In this document: positions 54,101 through 64,000 of the stretch, piece after piece | Layout of the letters: each line of letters starts with the position of its first letter | Numbering within the stretch: the first letter of the stretch is position 1 | NCBI GenBank assembly: GCA_964016885.1 | Contig: OZ024741.1 | Span: forward strand, 250,046,001-250,110,000 | Source: Eledone cirrhosa | Taxonomy: Eukaryota | Length of the DNA stretch: 64,000 bases | Direction: 5' to 3' | Notes under the pieces: model-generated | The model's input: only the letters and a program-made list of their open reading frames with translations | What the model was told of the DNA's origin: nothing | Databases searched by the model: none | Program-made: the position numbers and the translations under genes

Positions 54101-57100
54101 GATAATTTGTAAAAAAAAATCAGGGGGAGATAATTTGTAAAAAAAAATCAAGGGGAGATAATTTCCAGCCGTCCAAGGGGAGGTAATATCTAGCCATCCA
54201 AGGGGAGATAATTTCCAGCCGTCCAAGGGGAGATAATTTCCAGCCGTCCAAGGGGAGATAATATCCAGCCGTCCAAGGAGACATATTTTCCAGCCGTCCA
54301 AGGAGAGGTAATTTCTAGCCGTCCAAGGGGAGATAAGTTCCTGCCTCCAAGGGGAGATAATTTCCAGCCAGCCAAGGGGAGATAATTTGTAAAAAAATCA
54401 GGGGGAGATAATTTGTAAAAAAAAAATCAGGGGGAGATAATTTGTAAAAAAATCAGGGTGAGATAATTTGTAAAAAAAAAATCAGGGGGAGATAATTTGT
54501 AAAAAAAATCAGGGGGAGATAATTTGTAGAAAAAATCAGGGGTAGATAATTTGTAAAAAAAATCAGGGGGAGATAATTTATAAAAAAAATCAGGGGGAGA
54601 TAATTTGTAAAAAAAATCAGGGGTAGATAATTTTCAGCCGTCCAAGGGGAGATAATTTCCATCCTTCCAAGGGGAGATAATTTCCAGCTGTCCAAGGGGA
54701 GATAATTTCCCGCCAGCCAAGGAGAGATAACATTTAAAAAAATCAGGCGGAGATAATTTGTAAAAAAATTCAGGGGGAGATAATTTGTAAAAAAATCAGG
54801 GGGAGATAATTTGTAAAAAAAATCAGGGGTAGATAATTTCCAGCCGTCCAAGGGGAGATAATTTCCATCCTTCCAAGGGGAGATAATTTCCAGCCGTCCA
54901 AGGGGAGGTAATATCTAGCCATCCAAGGGGAGATAATTTCCAGCCGTCCAAGGGGAGATAATTTCCAGCCGTCCAAGGGGAGATAATATCCAGCCGTCCA
55001 AGGAGACATATTTTCCAGCCGTCCAAGGAGACGTAATTTCTAGCCGTCCAAGGGGAGATAAGTTCCAGCCTCCAAGGGGAGATAATTTCCAGCCAGCCAA
55101 GGGGAGATAATTTGTAAAAAAATTAGGGGGAGATAATTTGTAAATAAAAATTAGGGGGAGATAATTTGTAAAAAAAAATCAGGGGGAGATAATTTGTAAA
55201 AAAAATCAAGGGGAGATAATTTCCAGCCGTCCAAGGGGAGATAATTTTCAGCCGTCCAAGGAGAGGTAAATTCTAGCCGTCCAAGGAGATATAATTTCCA
55301 GCCGTCCAAGGGGAGATAATTTCCAGCCGTCCAAGGGGAGATAATTTTAAAAAAAAAATCAGGCGGAGATAATTTGTAAACAAAAATCAGGGGGAGATAA
55401 TTTTTAAAAAAAAATCAGGGGGAGATAATTTGTAAAAAAAAATCAGGGGGAGATAATTTGTAAAAAAAATCAAGGGGAGATAATTTCCAGCCGTCCAAGG
55501 GGAGGTAATATCTAGCCATCCAAGGGGAGATAATTTCCAGCCGTCCAAGGGGAGATAATTTCCAGCCGTCCAAGGGGAGATAATATCCAGCCGTCCAAGG
55601 AGACATATTTTCCAGCCGTCCAAGGAGAGGTAATTTCTAGCCGTCCAAGGGGAGATAAGTTCCAGCCTCCAAGGGGAGATAATTTCCAGCCAGCCAAGGG
55701 GAGATAATTTGTAAAAAAATCAGGGGGGAGATAATTTGTAAAAAAAATCAGGGGGAGATAATTTGAAAAAAAAATCAGGGGGAGATAATTTGTAAAAAAT
55801 ATCAAGGGGAGATAATTTCCAGCCCTCCAAGGGGCTATAATTTCCAGCCGTGCAAGGGGAGATAATTTCCAGCCGTCCAAGGGGAGATAATTTCCATCCT
55901 TCCAAGGGGAGATAATTTCCAGCCGTCCAAGGGGAGATAATTTCCCGCCAGCCAAGGGAAGATAATTTTTTAAAAAATCAGGCGGAGATTGTAAAAAAAA
56001 TCAGGGGGAGATAATTTGTAAAAAAATCAGGGGGAGATAATTTGTAAAAAAAAAATCAGGGGGAGATAATTTGTAAAAAAAAATCAGGGGGAGATAATTT
56101 GTAAAAAAAATCAGGGGGAGATAATTTGTAAAAAAAATCAGGGGTAGATAATTTGTAAAAAAAATCAGGGGGAGATAATTTGTAAAAAAAATCAGGGGGA
56201 GATAATTTGTAAAAAAAATCAGGGGTAGATAATTTTCAGCCGTCCAAGGGGAGATAATTTCCATCCTTCCAAGGGGAGATAATTTCCAGCCGTCCAAGGG
56301 GAGATAATTTCCCGCCAGCCAAGGAGAGATAACATTTAAAAAAATCAGGCGGAGATAATTTGTAAAAAAATTAGGGGGAGATAATTTGTAAAAAAAATCA
56401 GGGGTAGATAATTTCCAGCCGTCCAAGGGGAGATAATTTCCCGCCAGCCAAGGAGAGATAATATTTTAAAAAATCAGGCGGAGATAATTTGTAAAAAAAA
56501 ATCAGGGGGAGATAATTTGTAAAAAAAAATCAGGGGGAGATAATTTGTAAAAAAAATCAAGGGGAGATAATTTGTCAAAAAAAATCAGGGGTAGATAATT
56601 TGTAAAAAAAAATCAGGGGGAGATAATTTGTAAAAAAAAAATCAGGGGGAGATAATTTGTAAAAAAATCAAGGGGAGATAATTTCCAGCCGTCCAAGGGG
56701 AGATAATTTTCAGCCGTCCAAGGAGAGGTAATTTCTAGCCGTCCAAGGGGAGATAATTTCCAGCCAGCCAAGGGGAGATAATTTGTAAAAAAATCAGGGG
56801 TAGATAATTTGTAAAAAAAAATCAGGGGGAGATAATTTGTAAAAAAAATCAGGGGGAGATAATTTGTAAAAAAAATCAGGGGTAGATAATTTCCAGCCGT
56901 CCAAGGGGAGATAATTTCCATCCTTCCAAGGGGAGATAATTTCCAGCCGTCCAAGGGGAGATAATTTCCCGCCAGCCAAGGAGAGATAACATTTAAAAAA
57001 ATCAGGCGGAGATAATTTGTAAAAAAAATCAGGGGGAGATAATTTGTAAAAAAATCAGGGGGAGATAATTTGTAAAAAAAATCAGGGGTAGATAATTTCC

Positions 57101-60100
57101 AGCCGTCCAAGGGGAGATAATTTCCATCCTTCCAAGGGGAGATAATTTCCAGCCGTCCAAGGGGAGATAATTTCCCGCCAGCCAAGGAGAGATAATATTT
57201 AAAAAAATCAGGCGGAGATAATTTGTAAAAAAAATCAGGGGGAGATAATTTGTAAAAAAATCAGGGGGAGATAATTTGTAAAAAAAAATCAGGGGAGATA
57301 ATTTGTAAAAAAAATCAGGGGGAGATAATTTGTAAAAAAAAATCAGGGGTAGATAATTTGTAAAAAAAAATCAGGGGGAGATAATTTGTAAAAAAAAAAT
57401 CAGGGGGAGATAATTTGTAAAAAAATCAAGGGGAGATAATTTCCAGCCGTCCAAGGGGAGATAATTTTCAGCCGTCCAAGGAGGTAATTTCTAGCCGTCC
57501 AAGGGGAGATAATTTCCAGCCGTCCAAGGGGAGATAATTTTTTTAAAAAAATCAGGCGGAGATAATTTGTAAACAAAAATCAGGGGGAGATAATTTGTAA
57601 AAAAAAATCAGGGGGAGATAATTTGTAAAAAAAAATCAGGGGTAGATAATTTGTAAAAAAAATCAAGGGGAGATAATTTCCAGCCGTCCAAGGGGAGGTA
57701 ATATCTAGCCATCCAAGGGGAGATAATTTCCAGCCGTCCAAGGGGAGATAATTTCCAGCCGTCCAAGGGGAGATAATATCCAGCCGTCCAAGGAGACATA
57801 TTTTCCAGCCGTCCAAGGAGAGGTAATTTCTAGCCGTCCAAGGGGAGATAAGTTCCAGCCTCCAAGGGGAGATAATTTCCAGCCAGCCAAGGGGAGATAA
57901 TTTGTAAAAAAATCAGGGGGAGATAATTTGTAAAAAAAAAATCAGGGGGAGATAATTTGTAAAAAAATCAGGGGGAGATAATTTTTAAAAAAAAAATCAG
58001 GGGGAGATAATTTGTAAAAAAAATCAGGGGGAGATAATTTGTAGAAAAAATCAGGGGTAGATAATTTGTAAAAAAAATCAGGGGAGATAATTTGTAAAAA
58101 AAATCAGGGGGAGATAATTTGTAAAAAAAATCAGGGGTAGATAATTTTCAGCCGTCCAAGGGGAGATAATTTCCATCCTTCCAAGGGGAGATAATTTCCA
58201 GCCGTCCAAGGGGAGATAATTTCCCGCCAGCCAAGGAGAGATAACATTTAAAAAAATCAGGCGGAGATAATTTGTAAAAAAAATCAGGGGGAGATAATTT
58301 GTAAAAAAATCAGGGGGAGATAATTTGTAAAAAAAATCAGGGGTAGATAATTTCCAGCCGTCCAAGGGGAGATAATTTCCATCCTTCCAAGGGGAGATAA
58401 TTTCCAGCCGTCCAAGGGGAGATAATTTCCCGCCAGCCAAGGAGAGATAACATTTAAAAAAATCAGGCGGAGATAATTTGTAAAAAAAATCAGGGGGAGA
58501 TAATTTGTAAAAAAATCAGGGGGAGATAATTTGTAAAAAAAATCAGGGGTAGATAATTTCCAGCCGTCCAAGGGGAGATAATTTCCATCCTTCCAAGGGG
58601 AGATAATTTCCAGCCGTCCAAGGGGAGATAATTTCCCGCCAGCCAAGGAGAGATAATATTTAAAAAAATCAGGCGGAGATAATTTGTAAAAAAAATCAGG
58701 GGGAGATAATTTGTAAAAAAATCAGGGGGAGATAATTTGTAAAAAAAAATCAGGGGAGATAATTTGTAAAAAAAATCAGGGGGAGATAATTTGTAAAAAA
58801 AAATCAGGGGTAGATAATTTGTAAAAAAAAATCAGGGGGAGATAATTTGTAAAAAAAAAATCAGGGGGAGATAATTTGTAAAAAAATCAAGGGGAGATAA
58901 TTTCCAGCCGTCCAAGGGGAGATAATTTTCAGCCGTCCAAGGAGGTAATTTCTAGCCGTCCAAGGGGAGATAATTTCCAGCCGTCCAAGGGGAGATAATT
59001 TTTTTAAAAAAATCAGGCGGAGATAATTTGTAAACAAAAATCAGGGGGAGATAATTTGTAAAAAAAAATCAGGGGGAGATAATTTGTAAAAAAAAATCAG
59101 GGGGAGATAAATTGTAAAAAAAATCAAGGGGAGATAATTTCCAGCCGTCCAAGGGGAGGTAATATCTAGCCATCCAAGGGGAGATAATTTCCAGCCGTCC
59201 AAGGGGAGATAATTTCCAGCCGTCCAAGGGGAGATAATATCCAGCCGTCCAAGGAGACATATTTTCCAGCCGTCCAAGGAGAGGTAATTTCTAGCCGTCC
59301 AAGGGGAGATAAGTTCCAGCCTCCAAGGGGAGATAATTTCCAGCCAGCCAAGGGGAGATAATTTGTAAAAAAATCAGGGGGAGATAATTTGTAAAAAAAA
59401 ATCAGGGGGAGATAATTTGTAAAAAAATCAGGGGGAGATAATTTGTAAAAAAAAAATCAGGGGGAGATAATTTGTAAAAAAAATCAGGGGGAGATAATTT
59501 GTAGAAAAAATCAGGGGTAGATAATTTGTAAAAAAAATCAGGGGGAGATAATTTGTAAAAAAAATCAGGGGGATATAATTTGCAAAAAAAATCAGGGGTA
59601 GATAATTTTCAGCCGTCCAAGGGGAGATAATTTCCATCCTTCCAAGGGGAGATAATTTCCAGCCGTCCAAGGGGAGATAATTTCCCGCCAGCCAAGGAGA
59701 GATAACATTTAAAAAAATCAGGCGGAGATAATTTGTAAAAAAAATCAGGGGGAGATAATTTGTAAAAAAATCAGGGGGAGATAATTTGTAAAAAAAATCA
59801 GGGGTAGATAATTTCCAGCCGTCCAAGGGGAGATAATTTCCATCCTTCCAAGGGGAGATAATTTCCAGCCGTCCAAGGGGAGATAATTTCCCGCCAGCCA
59901 AGGAGAGATAATATTTAAAAAAATCAGGCGGAGATAATTTGTAAAAAAAATCAGGGGGAGATAATTTGTAAAAAAATCAGGGGGAGATAATTTGTAAAAA
60001 AAAATCAGGGGGAGATAATTTGTAAAAAAAATCAGGGGGAGATAATTTGTAAAAAAAATCAGGGGTAGATAATTTGTAAAAAAAAATCAGGGGGAGATAA

Positions 60101-63100
60101 TTTGTAAAAAAAAAATCAGGGGGAGATAATTTGTAAAAAAATCAAGGGGAGATAATTTCCAGCCGTCCAAGGGGAGATAATTTTCAGCCGTCCAAGGAGA
60201 GGTAATTTCTAGCCGTCCAAGGGGAGATAATTTCCAGCCGTCCAAGGGGAGATAATTTTTTTTTAAAAATCAGGCGGAGATAATTTGTAAACAAAAATCA
60301 GGGGGAGATAATTTGTAAAAAAAAATCAGGGGGAGATAATTTGTAAAAAAAAATCAAGGGGAGATAATTTCCAGCCGTCCAAGGGGAGGTAATATCTAGC
60401 CATCCAAGGGGAGATAATTTCCAGCCGTCCAAGGGGAGATAATTTCCAGCCGTCCAAGGGGAGATAATATCCAGCCGTCCAAGGAGACATATTTTCCAGC
60501 CGTCCAAGGAGAGGTAATTTCTAGCCGTCCAAGGGGAGATAAGTTCCTGCCTCCAAGGGGAGATAATTTCCAGCCAGCCAAGGGGAGATAATTTGTAAAA
60601 AAATCAGGGGGAGATAATTTGTAAAAAAAAAATCAGGGGGAGATAATTTGTAAAAAAATCAGGGTGAGATAATTTGTAAAAAAAAAATCAGGGGGAGATA
60701 ATTTGTAAAAAAAATCAGGGGGAGATAATTTGTAGAAAAAATCAGGGGTAGATAATTTGTAAAAAAAATCAGGGGGAGATAATTTATAAAAAAAATCAGG
60801 GGGAGATAATTTGTAAAAAAAATCAGGGGTAGATAATTTTCAGCCGTCCAAGGGGAGATAATTTCCATCCTTCCAAGGGGAGATAATTTCCAGCTGTCCA
60901 AGGGGAGATAATTTCCCGCCAGCCAAGGAGAGATAACATTTAAAAAAATCAGGCGGAGATAATTTGTAAAAAAATTCAGGGGGAGATAATTTGTAAAAAA
61001 ATCAGGGGGAGATAATTTGTAAAAAAAATCAGGGGTAGATAATTTCCAGCCGTCCAAGGGGAGATAATTTCCATCCTTCCAAGGGGAGATAATTTCCAGC
61101 CGTCCAAGGGGAGGTAATATCTAGCCATCCAAGGGGAGATAATTTCCAGCCGTCCAAGGGGAGATAATTTCCAGCCGTCCAAGGGGAGATAATATCCAGC
61201 CGTCCAAGGAGACATATTTTCCAGCCGTCCAAGGAGACGTAATTTCTAGCCGTCCAAGGGGAGATAATTTCCAGCCGTCCAAGGGGAGATAATTTTCAGC
61301 CGTCCAAGGAGAGGTAAATTCTAGCCGTCCAAGGAGATATAATTTCCAGCCGTCCAAGGGGAGATAATTTCCAGCCGTCCAAGGGGAGATAATTTAAAAA
61401 AAAAAATCAGGCGGAGATAATTTGTAAACAAAAATCAGGGGGAGATAATTTTTAAAAAAAAATCAGGGGGAGATAATTTGTAAAAAAAAATCAGGGGGAG
61501 ATAATTTGTAAAAAAAATCAAGGGGAGATAATTTCCAGCCGTCCAAGGGGAGGTAATATCTAGCCATCCAAGGGGAGATAATTTCCAGCCGTCCAAGGGG
61601 AGATAATTTCCAGCCGTCCAAGGGGAGATAATATCCAGCCGTCCAAGGAGACATATTTTCCAGCCGTCCAAGGAGAGGTAATTTCTAGCCGTCCAAGGGG
61701 AGATAAGTTCCAGCCTCCAAGGGGAGATAATTTCCAGCCAGCCAAGGGGAGATAATTTGTAAAAAAATCAGGGGGGAGATAATTTGTAAAAAAAATCAGG
61801 GGGAGATAATTTGAAAAAAAAATCAGGGGGAGATAATTTGTAAAAAATATCAAGGGGAGATAATTTCCAGCCCTCCAAGGGGCTATAATTTCCAGCCGTG
61901 CAAGGGGAGATAATTTCCAGCCGTCCAAGGGGAGATAATTTCCATCCTTCCAAGGGGAGATAATTTCCAGCCGTCCAAGGGGAGATAATTTCCCGCCAGC
62001 CAAGGGAAGATAATTTTTTAAAAAATCAGGCGGAGATTGTAAAAAAAATCAGGGGGAGATAATTTGTAAAAAAATCAGGGGGAGATAATTTGTAAAAAAA
62101 AAATCAGGGGGAGATAATTTGTAAAAAAAAATCAGGGGGAGATAATTTGTAAAAAAATCAGGGGGAGATAATTTGTAAAAAAAATCAGGGGTAGATAATT
62201 TGTAAAAAAAATCAGGGGGAGATAATTTGTAAAAAAAATCAGGGGGAGATAATTTGTAAAAAAAATCAGGGGTAGATAATTTTCAGCCGTCCAAGGGGAG
62301 ATAATTTCCATCCTTCCAAGGGGAGATAATTTCCAGCCGTCCAAGGGGAGATAATTTCCCGCCAGCCAAGGAGAGATAACATTTAAAAAAATCAGGCGGA
62401 GATAATTTGTAAAAAAATTAGGGGGAGATAATTTGTAAAAAAAATCAGGGGTAGATAATTTCCAGCCGTCCAAGGGGAGATAATTTCCCGCCAGCCAAGG
62501 AGAGATAATATTTTAAAAAATCAGGCGGAGATAATTTGTAAAAAAAATCAGGGGGAGATAATTTGTAAAAAAATCAGGGGGAGATAATTTGTAAAAAAAA
62601 ATCAGGGGGAGATAATTTGTAAAAAAAAATCAGGGGGAGATAATTTGTAAAAAAAAATCAGGGGTAGATAATTTGTAAAAGAAAAATCAGGGGGAGATAA
62701 TTTGTAAAAAAATCAAGGGGAGATAATTTCCAGCCGTCCAAGGGGAGATAATTTTCAGCCGTCCAAGGAGAGGTAATTTCTAGCCGTCCAAGGGGAGATA
62801 ATTTCCAGCCGTCCAAGGGGAGATAATTTTTTTAAAAAAATCAGGCGGAGATAATTTGTAAACAAAAATCAGGGGGAGATAATTTGTAAAAAAAAATCAG
62901 GGGGAGATAATTTGTAAAAAAAAATCAGGGGGAGATAATTTGTAAAAAAAATCAAGGGGAGATAATTTGTCAAAAAAAATCAGGGGTAGATAATTTGTAA
63001 AAAAAAATCAGGGGGAGATAATTTGTAAAAAAAAAATCAGGGGGAGATAATTTGTAAAAAAATCAAGGGGAGATAATTTCCAGCCATCCAAGGGGAGATA

Positions 63101-64000
63101 ATTTTCAGCCGTCCAAGGAGAGGTAATTTCTAGCCGTCCAAGGGGAGATAATTTCCAGCCAGCCAAGAGGAGATAATTTGTAAAAAAATCAGGGGTAGAT
63201 AATTTGTAAAAAAAAATCAGGGGGAGATAATTTGTAAAAAAAATCAGGGGGAGATAATTTGTAAAAAAAATCAGGGGTAGATAATTTCCAGCCGTCCAAG
63301 GGGAGATAATTTCCATCCTTCCAAGGGGAGATAATTTCCAGCCGTCCAAGGGGAGATAATTTCCCGCCAGCCAAGGAGAGATAACATTTAAAAAAATCAG
63401 GCGGAGATAATTTGTAAAAAAAATCAGGGGGAGATAATTTGTAAAAAAATCAGGGGGAGATAATTTGTAAAAAAAATCAGGGGTAGATAATTTCCAGCCG
63501 TCCAAGGGGAGATAATTTCCATCCTTCCAAGGGGAGATAATTTCCAGCCGTCCAAGGGGAGATAATTTCCCGCCAGCCAAGGAGAGATAATATTTAAAAA
63601 AATCAGGCGGAGATAATTTGTAAAAAAAATCAGGGGGAGATAATTTGTAAAAAAATCAGGGGGAGATAATTTGTAAAAAAAAATCAGGGGAGATAATTTG
63701 TAAAAAAAATCAGGGGGAGATAATTTGTAAAAAAAAATCAGGGGTAGATAATTTGTAAAAAAAAATCAGGGGGAGATAATTTGTAAAAAAAAAATCAGGG
63801 GGAGATAATTTGTAAAAAAATCAAGGGGAGATAATTTCCAGCCGTCCAAGGGGAGATAATTTTCAGCCGTCCAAGGAGGTAATTTCTAGCCGTCCAAGGG
63901 GAGATAATTTCCAGCCGTCCAAGGGGAGATAATTTTTTTAAAAAAATCAGGCGGAGATAATTTGTAAACAAAAATCAGGGGGAGATAATTTGTAAAAAAA
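51700..64000. repeat. Tandem duplication of a ~6.2-kb unit (approx. 51.7-57.9 kb and 57.9-64+ kb; boundaries approximate)
   Basis: Offset of 6206 at 51872/58078, 52835/59041, 53222/59428, 54092/60298, 54453/60659 and 54770/60976, then 6048 and 6395 after whole-monomer indels. Shared variants CAGCTGTCC (~54685/60891) and AAAATTCAGG (~54765/60971). Confidence 0.87.

Larger units (their letters stand above)
1..64000. repeat. Two-monomer tandem satellite array with multi-level higher-order structure; extends beyond both window edges
   Basis: Every line consists of A monomers (CAGGGGGAGATAATTTGT(A)7-10T, 26-29 bp) or B monomers (CAAGGGGAGATAATTTCCAGCCGTC, 25 bp), head-to-tail in one orientation. 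No unique sequence seen. Confidence 0.99.
28183..64000. repeat. Super-repeat copy 2, internally expanded and incomplete at the window end
   Basis: Colinear with 1-~19.7 kb. The offset steps from ~28.2 kb to 37003 (17089/54092, 18384/55387) after the 8.5-kb duplication, and to 38262 (19318/57580). Confidence 0.75.

Noticed and set aside
41-63580. All minus-strand ORFs (61-200 aa; FFTNYLPLI, LSPLGRLEIISPWTAGNYLPLDGWK repeats)
   Set aside because: They are direct translations of the 25-bp and 27-bp monomers, overlap in several frames, mostly start at TTG/CTG-type codons, and are constantly frameshifted by A7-A10 variation. There is no frame-preserving selection and no recognisable domain.
1-64000. 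CRISPR-like repeat-spacer appearance
   Set aside because: The constant block is only 13-16 bp, and the 'spacers' are 9-13 bp of two recurring types rather than unique. No leader or cas genes are present.
1-64000. Canonical G-quadruplex array from G4-G5 runs
   Set aside because: The G-runs are separated by ~21-24 nt, far longer than canonical loops, so a stable intramolecular G4 is not supported from sequence alone.
1-64000. Plasmid iterons, phage or giant-element repeats, transposon termini, or a synthetic data-storage construct
   Set aside because: There is no rep or transposase gene, no inverted termini and no unique DNA. Nested duplications with inherited point variants fit natural satellite evolution.
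1-64000. Assignment to a species, a named satellite family or centromere function
   Set aside because: Not recognisable from the sequence alone; it needs a database search and chromatin data.

Overview
The whole 64 kb is one uninterrupted, single-orientation tandem satellite array of roughly 2,400 monomers (64,000 / ~26 bp). I found no credible gene, RNA gene, CRISPR array or transposon. Two monomer types share a 16-bp block CARGGGGAGATAATTT, which contains an AGATAA (GATA-box) hexamer. Type A (26-29 bp) adds GT(A)7-10T; type B (25 bp) adds CCAGCCGTC. The monomers form runs with position-specific variants, giving a nested hierarchy: monomer, 206-bp B4A4 module, ~1,258-bp 48-monomer higher-order repeat (A9-B4-A4-B4-A9-B4-A5-B9), ~11-kb recurrence, and a ~28.2-kb super-repeat whose second copy is expanded by ~8.5-kb and ~6.2-kb tandem duplications. 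All supplied ORFs are minus-strand translations of the repeat and are rejected. The architecture suggests eukaryotic (peri)centromeric or subtelomeric satellite DNA, but that is inference; I cannot identify the organism or a named family. The most unusual details are the two-state monomer architecture with fixed junction variants, and a TnA(14-n) tract whose T/A boundary slides while its length stays constant.
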